In this document: one piece after another, positions 37,689-48,700 of the stretch
How positions within the stretch are numbered: position 1 is the stretch's first letter
Layout of the letters: each line of letters starts with the position of its first letter
Virus record (IMG/VR): IMGVR_UViG_3300032282_005862
Location: 34,630 to 98,629 of that record
Strand: one strand, 5' to 3'
Length of the DNA stretch: 64,000 nucleotides
Source: a virus
Notes under the pieces: model-generated
Told to the model about the DNA's origin: nothing
The model's input: only the letters and a program-made list of their open reading frames with translations
Databases searched by the model: none
Position numbers and translations under genes: made by a program

Positions 37689-38237
37689 ATGGCTAGTATA
37701 TATGATACAGTTCCGACTTGGGACCAGTCTACTACTTATAATAAGTACAGTATAGTGCTTGGTAGTGATAGTAAATATTATTATTCAATAATTGATTCTA
37801 ATGTAGGAGCAGGGAATAATCCAGTAACTCCTACTAATCTTCAAGTTGATTGGGATGGATATATTATTTTAAATGGAAATTTAATACCTAATTTTTGGTG
37901 GAAACCCTCATATAATGCTAAAATTAATGTTAATCCAAGAATTAAGATCAATAAATTTGGAAATGGATATGAACAAAGAATTGTTGATGGTTTAAATAAT
38001 AACTTAATTGAATTTAATTTAGCATTTGAAAACCGATCAGAATTAGAAACAGTTTCAATTCTTCATTTTTTAAAACAAAGAAACGTACAAGAAAGTTTCA
38101 TATATAATATTCCAACTATTTTTTCAAAATCTTCATCAAATTTAACCACAAGATTTATTTGTCCAGAATGGTCTCCTTCATATATTTCTTATAATAATTA
38201 TACAATTGAAGCAAAATTTATAGAAGTACCTATTTAA
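37689..38237 (+). CDS. minor tail protein, lambda gpM-like
   Basis: KFGNGYEQRIVDGLN, F.CPEW, IEAKFIEV. Confidence 0.85.
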   Translation: MASIYDTVPTWDQSTTYNKYSIVLGSDSKYYYSIIDSNVGAGNNPVTPTNLQVDWDGYIILNGNLIPNFWWKPSYNAKINVNPRIKINKFGNGYEQRIVDGLNNNLIEFNLAFENRSELETVSILHFLKQRNVQESFIYNIPTIFSKSSSNLTTRFICPEWSPSYISYNNYTIEAKFIEVPI

Positions 38238-38246
38238 TTTTTAATT

Positions 38247-39611
38247 ATGCCAACTTCTTCAGAAATTTATAATCTTGTTGTAAGCGGAAGCTCTTCTTTA
38301 AATAAAGAAATAGCTTCATTAACTCCATCTACGCAAATTCAATTTTATGAAATAGATCTTTCTAAAATTGCCCCATCAATAATTAATTATAACCAAAATC
38401 AATCAACAACTAACACTCAACCAATAAATAATAGCATTTTTAGAATATATAATGATTATAATTTATTTAATATTACCTCAAATCCATATGGTACTATAAA
38501 ATGGCAAGGTAACTATTATTACCCATTTCCAATTTTCGCAGAAGGATTCGAATATTCTTCTGCAGGAACTTTACCTACTCCTAAAATTTCAATATCAAAT
38601 TTATCACCAGATAATTCTTATAATTCATTTTATAAATATATAAGAATGCAAATTCAATCTTTAGGAGATATTATCGGAGCAAAATTTACTAGAATTAAAA
38701 CTTTTTTAAAATATTTAGATGGCATAAATTTTTCTGGAAATGTAAATCCATATAATCCAAATACTGGAATCTATGAAATAGAATTACCTAAAGATATTTA
38801 TTATATTGATAGAAAAACAATAGAAAATAGAGATGTAATCGAATATCAATTAGCCTCAGTATTAGATGTCGAAAATGTAGTTCTTCCTGCGCGTACAATT
38901 TTATCTAATAGATGCCCATTTCAATATAGAGGAGAAGGATGTATTTATGAATATAATAGCAGGTTAACGTATCTGCATAGTGGAATTTATGCAAATACTA
39001 CTGATCCTAGAGTAATTAGAGGTTTAGAGACTGCACCTCCAGTTGCAACAGCAAATGATCAATTGTTTATAGGTGGAGTTTTTGCAACGACTGGAATTAG
39101 TACTGGAGCGATATTTCGCTTAAGCGGAGGATTAGGTAATTCTGGTTTATGGCAACAAAGTGGAAATTATATTTCTGGCGATTTTGTTTATTTTGAAAAT
39201 AATGGATTAAAATTTTATTATGTATGTATTAATAATCATACATCTAACGTATTTAATGCTCCACCAAACATTAATTATTGGATAGGAGATTCATGTGGTA
39301 AAAGTATTTCTTCATGCAGATCTAGATGGTTAAAAAATCCAGCATTTAGACCAGTAATATGGCCAACCAGTAGAAATGGAGAAACTTATAATCAATTTGC
39401 TCTTAGACTCTCAAGATTATACACTACTGGAGAACTTTCTTTATTTAGATATAATTCTTCAAATACAGGATTTCTTTTTCCAAGAAGACCAGGAGCAGAA
39501 GATCCATTATCAGAACGGGCTCATGGCATACCAAAAGATTATCAAGGAAATTATTTAAATGGATTTTTACCTTTTGGTGGATTTCCTGGGACAAATCAAC
39601 CGCAAATTTAA
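38247..39611 (+). CDS. minor tail protein, lambda gpL-like (with insertions)
   Basis: WQGNYYYPFPI.AEGFE, LPTPKI, TFLKYLD, CPFQYRGEGC, D.CGK..SSC, LPFGGFPG. Confidence 0.88.
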   Translation: MPTSSEIYNLVVSGSSSLNKEIASLTPSTQIQFYEIDLSKIAPSIINYNQNQSTTNTQPINNSIFRIYNDYNLFNITSNPYGTIKWQGNYYYPFPIFAEGFEYSSAGTLPTPKISISNLSPDNSYNSFYKYIRMQIQSLGDIIGAKFTRIKTFLKYLDGINFSGNVNPYNPNTGIYEIELPKDIYYIDRKTIENRDVIEYQLASVLDVENVVLPARTILSNRCPFQYRGEGCIYEYNSRLTYLHSGIYANTTDPRVIRGLETAPPVATANDQLFIGGVFATTGISTGAIFRLSGGLGNSGLWQQSGNYISGDFVYFENNGLKFYYVCINNHTSNVFNAPPNINYWIGDSCGKSISSCRSRWLKNPAFRPVIWPTSRNGETYNQFALRLSRLYTTGELSLFRYNSSNTGFLFPRRPGAEDPLSERAHGIPKDYQGNYLNGFLPFGGFPGTNQPQI

Positions 39612-39612
39612 T

Positions 39613-40329
39613 ATGATTGATAAAAAAAATAAAAATTTTATTATAAATGAATCTTTAAAAAATTCAAATGAAGAAATTTGTGGTTTTATAATTTTAAAAA
39701 ATAATAATTTTATATGCGTACCATGTAAAAATATTGCAAAAAATAAAAAAGAAAATTTTATGATATCATCGATAGATTATATAAAAATAAAAAATTATGC
39801 AGATAAAATTCTTTATATTTACCATACTCATATAAATGATAATGAAAATTTAAGTGAGCAAGATATTGCTTGTTCTGAAAATCTTTGCCTACCAATCATA
39901 ATGTATAATTTAAATAAAAAAATATTTAAAATTTATGAACCAATAAATATAAATAAAAGTTATATTGGGAGATATTTTGAAATAGGAAAATATGATTGCT
40001 ATACATTAATTAAAGATTTTTTAAAAAATGAATTAAATATAGATATTTCAGCTTTAATTCATTATAACGATTTTATTCAAGCTCAAAATGTTTTTAATGA
40101 AAATTTATCTTTAAATTTTTTTGAGAAAAAAGGATTTAAGATTATAGAAAATAAAGAATCCTTAGAAAAAAATGATATTTTGATTTTACAAAATAATTTA
40201 GGTAAACATTTCGCTCTATACCTTGGAAATAATAAAATATTGCATCAACCAATGCTTAGTTTCTCAAAAATAGAAAATTATTGTAATTTCTATAAGAGGC
40301 ATACGGAGTTAGTATATAGAAAGGTATAA
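39613..40329 (+). CDS. tail assembly protein, lambda gpK-like (JAB/Mov34 plus NlpC/P60); likely start ATG 39613
   Basis: EEICGFI, YHTH, LSEQD, GKYDCY, HFALYLG..KILH. Confidence 0.88.
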   Translation: MIDKKNKNFIINESLKNSNEEICGFIILKNNNFICVPCKNIAKNKKENFMISSIDYIKIKNYADKILYIYHTHINDNENLSEQDIACSENLCLPIIMYNLNKKIFKIYEPININKSYIGRYFEIGKYDCYTLIKDFLKNELNIDISALIHYNDFIQAQNVFNENLSLNFFEKKGFKIIENKESLEKNDILILQNNLGKHFALYLGNNKILHQPMLSFSKIENYCNFYKRHTELVYRKV

Positions 40330-40330
40330 T

Positions 40331-41110
40331 ATGATAAGAGTAAATTTACATGGTAAATTAGGACAAGATATTGGCGAATCCTGGGATTTAGATGTATCTA
40401 CTGTATCTGAAGCGCTTAGAGCGATAGATGTCAATACTAAAAAATTAAGAAAATGGCTAATTGATTATAAAGATGAATATGAATATGAAATTTTAGTTGA
40501 TAATAATAATTTATTTACAGAAAGTAAAGATTTTAAAAATATAGAAGAAATTAAAAATTCTGAATTTTGTTTAAATATAAAAGGCAAAGTACAAACAATA
40601 GATATTGTACCATCAATTATAGGGTCGGGTGGATTTTTTGGAGGTGGAATCGCTAAAATTGTTCTTGGTGCATTTGCTGTAATTGGCGCAGTAGCTTTAG
40701 CTGTATTTACGCCTTTTGTATTACCTGCAGTTGCAATTGGTTTTGCAGGACTAGGATTAGTTGCAGCAGGAACTAGTCAATTGCTTTCAAAACCACCTCC
40801 TAGCGTACCATTCACAGCACAACAAGTCAATCCAATCGCTGGCGAAGGAGAAGCTGGTGGTCCAACGTCTTATCTTTTTAATGGTCCAGTAAATACAGTA
40901 GGAGAAGGAGGCGCGGTTCCAATAGGATATGGAGAATTAGTTGTAGGTGGAAATAATGTATTTAGCAATTATGATATTTTATATAGAGCATATTTAGCGA
41001 GTTATGATAGTTCAACTTTAGAAATAAGTTTTACTGGAAGTAATCAATATTTATTTAATAATAAATGTTATTTAATTTCGAAAGAATCTTTAAACAGTCT
41101 TCCTTTCTAA
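40331..41110 (+). CDS. tail assembly protein, lambda gpI-like (ubiquitin-like N-terminus)
   Basis: VNLHGKLG, SEALRAI, IVPSIIGSGG, hydrophobic segment, SYLFNGPVN..GEGGAVPIGYG. Confidence 0.88.
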   Translation: MIRVNLHGKLGQDIGESWDLDVSTVSEALRAIDVNTKKLRKWLIDYKDEYEYEILVDNNNLFTESKDFKNIEEIKNSEFCLNIKGKVQTIDIVPSIIGSGGFFGGGIAKIVLGAFAVIGAVALAVFTPFVLPAVAIGFAGLGLVAAGTSQLLSKPPPSVPFTAQQVNPIAGEGEAGGPTSYLFNGPVNTVGEGGAVPIGYGELVVGGNNVFSNYDILYRAYLASYDSSTLEISFTGSNQYLFNNKCYLISKESLNSLPF

Positions 41111-41111
41111 T

Positions 41112-44100
41112 ATGGGTAATGCAAATAAATATGCTGATGGTTTAGAGTATCTCCTTTTTCCAGGAAATTTTGGGATGGGTACTTGTGGTTATAATTTTCC
41201 AGAAAGTACAGCTCAAGATTTAGATGGAGGCGCAATTTCTTTATCTTTTAGTGGAAGTACTCTTCCTTTAGGTAGCACTCAATCAACAATAGCTTATAAA
41301 TATGGACCAAGTGGTTATTATACCGTTTTTACTCCAATGGCAGTTTTAAGTGGAAATACTATTCAAAGATTTGACTCGTCAAGCGTTACTGGTCTAGAAA
41401 GAGCAAATCTTGAGAGAGGCGGTCCAGATTTTAGAACAATATTTAGATCAAGTGCAGTTAAAGCTACAGAAGATGCTGTTCCACAAACATTTAAAGATAG
41501 TAGAGCTTATAATTCTATAACACAAGTAAATATTTTAGATTTAATAAGTGAAGGACCAATTGAAGGATTTGTATCTGGAATTTATATTCCAGATCTTAGT
41601 GGTAAAAATACTGGAGATATTGGATATTCTAAAGTTACTTTTCAACCATATTCACAAACATTATCTAATCCAGAAACAAGATCAATTTTTTATGATGATG
41701 TTCCTATTACAGATTTCAGAGGATACTATAATTTCCAATTTCTTGATTATAAATATACTTATGGAGAAAAAACAAATGATCATACTATTTATAATCCATA
41801 TTTAAATCTTTATGAAGATAGAAGAGATTATTTTGGAAAACAAGTCGATATAAATCAAATTCCATTACAAACATCAGTTACTAAAAGTATAGGAGAAACA
41901 ATATATGGAGCATATTTAGTAAGTGGCGGAAGTTCTTATGCCACTCAAATAATAACTCCTAAAAGATACTATGTATATAATACAAATATTTCAGCTTTAA
42001 AAGTAAATATAAAAGTTAATTCTTTATTTCAACAAATATTAACGGGTTCAAATGCAGGAGATGTAGAAAGACAACTTTTGTCATTTAGATTTGCTATATG
42101 GAGAGTTTTAAAAGATGGTCAAGTTGTTATGCTTGATACATCTAAATATTATCCATATATATCAAATTATTACTCTTATGATGAAATAGCATTAAAGGGT
42201 AAAGTAACAAATCCATTAATTTTCACTTATGAAATTTCTTTAAGACCTTTTGCAGAAAATAGTCCATGGTTTGAATTATTTCCAAATCAAATTGGATGGG
42301 CAATAGATATTATTAAAAGTGTTTATGAGGGAGTTTCAAGTAGTTTAAGTAATTCTACAGAAGTTCATAGCATTACAGAAGTATATTCTGATCGTTTCGT
42401 TTACCCAGATGCAGCTTTAGTTTGCTCTAAGTTTGATGCAAGATATTTTAGCGAAATTCCAAAAAGAAGTTATAAACTTAGACTTTTAAAAGTTAAAGTT
42501 CCATCAAATTATGATCCAATAGCAAAAAGTTATAGTGGACCGTGGAATGGTCAATTTAAAGTAGCATGGACAGATAATCCAGCTTGGTGTTTTTATGATT
42601 TATTAACTAATAATAGATTTGGTTTAGGTAAGTATATAGATACAAGTTTAGCGGATAAATGGTCATTATATGAAATTGCACAATATTGTGATCAATTAGT
42701 TTCAGATGGAGCTGGCGGATTAGAACCAAGATTTAGATGTAATTTATATATTTCTAATAAAGAAGAGGCTTACAAAGTATTAAATGATATGGCAAGTCTT
42801 TTTAATGCAATAGTATATTATTCTGCTGGCCAAATAACTGTATCTCAAGATTCATTAAAAGATCCAATTTATATATTTAATAATAGTAACGTAATTAATG
42901 GCTCGTTTAATTATTCAGATGCATCTAAAAAAGCTAGAAAAACAGTTGCATATGTAAGATATAATGATGAAAATAATAATTACAAGCCAGCGATAGAGTA
43001 CGTAGAAAATAAAGATGCTATTTTAAAATATGGAATTAGAGAAACAGATATTACAGCATTTGGCTGTACTAATAAAAATCAAGCTAGAAGAGCTGGCACA
43101 TGGCTTTTAACCACAGAAAATACAGAAACTGAATTAGTAGATTTTCAAGCTGGAATTGATGCAAATTATATAAAACCAGGAGATATTATATTAATCTATG
43201 ATCAATATAGAAAAAATCAAATTTATGCGGGAAGAACTTTAGGATTAACTTCTGGAAATGCAATATTAGATTTACCTTATACTAATTATAATTTATATGC
43301 ACTTACTGGAGTCAATAGTTCATTTAAATTTAATGTTCTTGTTCCAACTTATAATTTAAATCTAGGTACATATCTTGGAGATTTATATGCTACTGGATTT
43401 GATATCACCTCTTCTGGAATTACAGGATTAAATAGTTCTTTTATAAGAAAATCTCAAGTACAATCAATAAATTTTGATAGCAATCTTTCAAGTTTTGTAT
43501 CTAGTGGAACTGGAATATATTCTAATAATATATCATTAAATTTTCCAAGTTCATTAGATACAACTTATGGTTTAGTGCAAAATACAGTTTGGTCAATAGA
43601 TATATCTACTACTGGATATGGAGGTATATCTGGAGGATTAGATATAAGATCCCCAATAAATAATACTCTCAAAGAAGCGTATCCAGGATATTATCTAGAA
43701 TCATATTTAAATAAACCAAAAAAATATAGAGTATTGAATATAACAGAAAAAGATCCAACGATTTTTAATATAAATGCACTAGAATATAATGATCAAAAAT
43801 ATACAAATATTGATAATTCAGCGCTTTTGGTAAATGTTCCTGTAAGACCAGATGCACCAGTTAGCCCAAATTTATTTCTAAGTGGAATTTTTAGAAGTCC
43901 AACTACAAATTCATATTGTTCAACTGGAAATTGTTCGACTATTTATACAACTAATCAAGGTGGCGTTAATAGTATAATGTACAATATAAGACCTACCCCA
44001 AATTCTCAATCAAATTCACTATACTATGTATATATTAAAAGTGGAACAAATTTTGATAGCTCTATAAATTATGAACAATATTTATATAATGTAATATCTT

Positions 44101-44312
44101 CAAATTTATTAAATACTGGAGTAGCAATTGGAAACTTTATAACAGGATTAATACCACCTTATTTAACACCATATTATACTGGAAATTATTATTTTAGGAT
44201 ATTTGCCGAAAATTCAATAGGTGAAAGATCTACTCCTGCAACTGGATTATATTCCTTAACTGCTCAAGCAAGTTTAGATAGAGTAATAGCATCTGGAGTT
44301 AATATATATTAA
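41112..44312 (+). CDS. central tail tip / host specificity protein, lambda gpJ-like
   Basis: DLISEGPIEG, VKVPSNYDP, WTDNPAWCFYDLLTN.RFGLG, DKWSLY.IAQYCD, AFGCT...QARR. Confidence 0.92.
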   Translation: MGNANKYADGLEYLLFPGNFGMGTCGYNFPESTAQDLDGGAISLSFSGSTLPLGSTQSTIAYKYGPSGYYTVFTPMAVLSGNTIQRFDSSSVTGLERANLERGGPDFRTIFRSSAVKATEDAVPQTFKDSRAYNSITQVNILDLISEGPIEGFVSGIYIPDLSGKNTGDIGYSKVTFQPYSQTLSNPETRSIFYDDVPITDFRGYYNFQFLDYKYTYGEKTNDHTIYNPYLNLYEDRRDYFGKQVDINQIPLQTSVTKSIGETIYGAYLVSGGSSYATQIITPKRYYVYNTNISALKVNIKVNSLFQQILTGSNAGDVERQLLSFRFAIWRVLKDGQVVMLDTSKYYPYISNYYSYDEIALKGKVTNPLIFTYEISLRPFAENSPWFELFPNQIGWAIDIIKSVYEGVSSSLSNSTEVHSITEVYSDRFVYPDAALVCSKFDARYFSEIPKRSYKLRLLKVKVPSNYDPIAKSYSGPWNGQFKVAWTDNPAWCFYDLLTNNRFGLGKYIDTSLADKWSLYEIAQYCDQLVSDGAGGLEPRFRCNLYISNKEEAYKVLNDMASLFNAIVYYSAGQITVSQDSLKDPIYIFNNSNVINGSFNYSDASKKARKTVAYVRYNDENNNYKPAIEYVENKDAILKYGIRETDITAFGCTNKNQARRAGTWLLTTENTETELVDFQAGIDANYIKPGDIILIYDQYRKNQIYAGRTLGLTSGNAILDLPYTNYNLYALTGVNSSFKFNVLVPTYNLNLGTYLGDLYATGFDITSSGITGLNSSFIRKSQVQSINFDSNLSSFVSSGTGIYSNNISLNFPSSLDTTYGLVQNTVWSIDISTTGYGGISGGLDIRSPINNTLKEAYPGYYLESYLNKPKKYRVLNITEKDPTIFNINALEYNDQKYTNIDNSALLVNVPVRPDAPVSPNLFLSGIFRSPTTNSYCSTGNCSTIYTTNQGGVNSIMYNIRPTPNSQSNSLYYVYIKSGTNFDSSINYEQYLYNVISSNLLNTGVAIGNFITGLIPPYLTPYYTGNYYFRIFAENSIGERSTPATGLYSLTAQASLDRVIASGVNIY

Positions 44313-44313
44313 A

Positions 44314-45726
44314 ATGAAAATAAAAAATATTGATTTGACTTTAGAATGGGAAACAATAAGAGATATTCCTAGTTTTATTGACATAAATCAACCATTTCCA
44401 AACTATAATATAAAAATAAGAAATATAGATAATATATTAATTGAAAATTATATAGGATTAACAAATTATGAACCAATAATTGAACATAAAATAGAAAATT
44501 TAGAATTTGCAAAAAAGACAAAATATTTTTCTAGTCTATTGAAAAATAAAGCCAAAAATATATTTAAATATAATTTTTTAAATAATTATGAATCATACAA
44601 AAGAATAAATAATAAAATTGGATTTTTTAAAAATCTTTTATTTGAAATTGATTATAATAATGATAATCAAGAAGATTTTAGAGTAGAAGGTGAATATCCA
44701 GAAATAGATAATATAAGCAAAAATGATCTATTTAATAAAATCTATAGAAGCAGTGATTATTTAAATGTAAAATTTCTTATAAATAAAGAATATTTTAAAG
44801 AAAAAGAAATTTATTCTTTTTTAATATTAAGTAAAGCATCTAATCGTATTATAAAAAATAAAAGTTTAAGTAATTTATTTGTAGAAAATATTCAAAAAAA
44901 TTGGTTAGACGTTAATGAAAATACAGTATTACTAACTGTACCCTTTATTGAAAGTGATATCGTAGAAATATCAGAAAATTTAAATATTACTGTAATTCCA
45001 TTAAATTATGTTCAGTCTGAAATATATAAATTTTTTAAAGATAAAGAAGACGAAAAAGATATTAATAATTTATTTTTAGAATTTTATTCAAATCAAATAT
45101 TAGATATAGGCAAAATTTATAAACAATCAGTTAATAATGAAACATTAATATTTTATCAAAATTATATTTATTTATTCAATAAAGAAAGTATTGCGACTAG
45201 TTTAAATGAAGAAGTATCAATTAATGATATGAATTTTAAAAAATATTTACCTTTATTAAGAAAAAATGAAATAAATAAAACTGTATGTCTATCAGATGAC
45301 CTTAATACAGATTCTGTATTAGATAATAATTATAATATACAAAAAGATTATATTGGATATTATGATAAAAATTTAATTAATTATATAGATGCATTAATTG
45401 ATTTAGATTACTTGCAAAATAAAAATATTTTAAAAGTTGAAATTATTAAAGTAGAAGAAATTGATAACGAATGTATTATTTATATAGAATTTATTACAAA
45501 TTTCTGCGATGATGAAAAATTTTATATTGAGAGTAGTGGAAATCTTAAATTTTATCAAAAATATAAAACTCTATTAAATAATAAAGATTATATAACATTT
45601 TTATTCAAATATTCTTATTCTTTAAATACTTTAAATGAATATCTAAATCAAAATTCTTCTATTAATAAAAATCAAGTTATCTCTGAAAAAGATTTGATTA
45701 ATTTTTCTGCAAAATTAATTTTATAA
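44314..45726 (+). CDS. hypothetical low-complexity (N/K/I/E-rich) protein downstream of gpJ
   Basis: 470-aa ORF, very AT-rich. Confidence 0.55.
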   Translation: MKIKNIDLTLEWETIRDIPSFIDINQPFPNYNIKIRNIDNILIENYIGLTNYEPIIEHKIENLEFAKKTKYFSSLLKNKAKNIFKYNFLNNYESYKRINNKIGFFKNLLFEIDYNNDNQEDFRVEGEYPEIDNISKNDLFNKIYRSSDYLNVKFLINKEYFKEKEIYSFLILSKASNRIIKNKSLSNLFVENIQKNWLDVNENTVLLTVPFIESDIVEISENLNITVIPLNYVQSEIYKFFKDKEDEKDINNLFLEFYSNQILDIGKIYKQSVNNETLIFYQNYIYLFNKESIATSLNEEVSINDMNFKKYLPLLRKNEINKTVCLSDDLNTDSVLDNNYNIQKDYIGYYDKNLINYIDALIDLDYLQNKNILKVEIIKVEEIDNECIIYIEFITNFCDDEKFYIESSGNLKFYQKYKTLLNNKDYITFLFKYSYSLNTLNEYLNQNSSINKNQVISEKDLINFSAKLIL

Positions 45727-48700
45727 TTAACGTTTTTTGCTATATACTGAACTACTTAATAAACCGCCTGGTCTTTGTTGCTCTGTGATGACTCTCATTA
45801 CTTGAGTTTTAACTTGTTCAGCTAGCATTTTAGTTCTGTTTGCTTCTTCTTGATTATTCGCGCTTGTATTTGTTTCACTTTTTTCACTTATTACATTTTC
45901 TTGATTTAAATTAATTGTTACATTTACATTACTTGTTGGAGAGTAATTAGTAGAACCTGTTCCATCAACAACATTACCAACTGCTCCACCATCTGCAAAT
46001 TTTTTAGCTCTTCCAGCGTTAAGATCATCAAAGAATTTTTTACCATACATATTAACCGCTTCTTTTTTCATTACAAATTCTCCACCCATAAGTAAAGCTG
46101 GAACATCATCTTCACTACTTCCTCCAGAAGCAAATTTTTTAACTTCTCCTCCTTTTGCTAAAAATCCTAATCCTGCTGAAGCTAAACCTAATCCAAAAGA
46201 CATATAAGCTCCTCTGCTCTTTGCACTTTTTTGAGTATTATATTGATTTTGTATTTCTTGATTTACGCGAATATTTTCTTCTAAACTTCTGCGATTACTT
46301 TCATTAACTCCAGCAACATAATTTAAATAATCATATAAAACTCGTTCTCTTTCTTGTCTTATTCTATTTTGAGGATTATTTTGATCAAGAATCGCTTGTA
46401 AACTAAGTCTTGGATCAATAATATTTTGTCCACCAGTTGGATTAAGAGGATCATTATATCTATAAACATTTTCTCCTAAAAATTTAGATTCTCCTCCATC
46501 TGCAAATTTTTGGACTCTTCCACCAAAGTTAAATTCTTGACCATCATTAAACATACGGGGTCTTAAAAAAGAACTAGTTGATCCATAAGATGATTCAGAG
46601 GAAGGGATTTGCCAATTTGTTCTTCCGCCTTGTATAAGGTTAGTCCAAAGATTTAATGTTTTTCCCCAACCCTTTAATCCACTAGCATTATTTTGCGCGA
46701 TAGCATAATCCGCATAGGCTTTTTTATTATTTAATGTAGAGACCGTGTTGCCAATTAAATTTGAAGCTCCTGTCGAAGAAATAGCATTTCCAAGAAAATT
46801 TGCAAATCCGCCTTCAGCAAATCCTTGAATTATTCCACCATATTTTAAAAATTTATTATTTTTATTTTTATTAGAAATCATCAATGAAGCAACACCTGTA
46901 AAAGGAGAATTATTAGTTGGATTCGTTTTTATTGCTTGACTAAGCCCTGCAACTAAAAGAGCAGCAGCGCCTCCAGCAAATTTTTTATCTACTTTTCCTT
47001 CATTAAGCATTTGTAAATATTCTAAACCATATTTTTTAACAGCATTTTTTCTAACAACATACTCTCCTTGACTTAACATAGCTGGAACATCATCTTTACT
47101 TCCTGATCCTCCAAAAACATGTCCTCCAGTAGAATAACCTTTAATTAATCCACCTTGTGATTTGCCAAATAAACTTCCAAATAATCCACCTCCACCGCCC
47201 CCAAATATATTGCTAGTACTACCGAAAAGTTTACCAAAAATAAGATTAGTACTAAATTCAAGAGCCAACTGTTGTATTTTATCACTGATATTAAGAGCCA
47301 TCTTTGTAAATGCATCACTAGCAGTAGCTGTTCCATTAGCAAAAGATAAGAAAGCGTTATTAAACTCGCTTTTAATTGTTCTAGCTGTATCAGCTGCTCC
47401 AAGTTGAGCTTGACGATAAGAATCCTCAGACCGATTATCAAATTCATCAAAAAATGCTTGTGAAAAATCACCTATTTTTGTTTGTTTGTTTAATATTCTA
47501 GATTCTCTTTGAGTTTGTCTTCCAGTTCTAAAATCTTCTGCAAATAATTGACCTCTTTGCCTTTTATCCAATAAAATACTACTTTCTTTCAAACTTTTTA
47601 AGGCACCTAAATATTCATCATAATCTATTTTACCTTTTAGATATTGATTAGCTAAATCTTTTTGTCCATTTATAAGATCTTTTTGAATTTTATCTCTTGA
47701 TTCAAAATTTAATACTTCTTTATCTACAGATGTTAGTAGATTTTCAAATTCTGCTCCAATCATATATGCAGGTTGATTTTCTTCTAGTTTAGCTTGCTGT
47801 TCTAAATATTTATTTATCTTTTCTCTAGTTAATTGACCTTTAGCAAAAGATGCTGCAAAACTTTTTGCGTCAACAACATTTATTTCTTCTAATTTTAAAG
47901 CTTGTTGACTTAAAGCTAATCTCTTTTGTAAATTATTAATAATAAAATCTAAAACTTTATTCTCATCACCCGTGGAAAGAGCTATATTTTTTGCTTCATT
48001 TTTAATATCTTCAAAATATTTTTGTCCCTCTACTGTAGAAGAATATATTGGATCTAAAGCACTAAATATTGCTGATAATTTTGCTGCCCCACCTTTAGTT
48101 AATTGTTGAGTACCAAATATATTCTTTTCAATTATAGGTCCTCCACCACCTCCTACTTGAACTCCGCCAATGGATATAGTTTGACCTCTTCTCAAAGCTG
48201 CTAATTGATCAACTATTTCAGAGGCTTTTTCTCTTCCTCCTTTAGTTTCTAAAAATTGAGAAACAAATCCTCTTCCTGTCGCTGGATTAATTCCGCCAGT
48301 TAATATTTTTGCTATTTTTTCTGTGTCTCCAGGTTTTTGTCCTTCAAGTTTAAGTCCTTCTAAAAATGTTACAGCTTCTTTTTCTATTAATTCTGCACTC
48401 TTTCCAAAAAGACCTTGATTTATTAAATCTGGAATTTTATCTAATTCTCCAGCATTAAAACCTTCTATTATTTTTGTACCAATTTCTTCTGGTAATTGAC
48501 TAGTTACTTCAATTATTTTATCTCTTAATAAATCTAATCTTGCTTTTTTAGTTATTTCATCTACGTTAGAAATTTGAACATTTTTATATTCTTCTATAGT
48601 TGGAAGTAGTTGTTGAACTGCATTTTGTGTACTATTAAATTCATCTTTTAATTTTTCATATTCTACCATTTTATTTTTGAAATCTTCAGATTTAATATCT

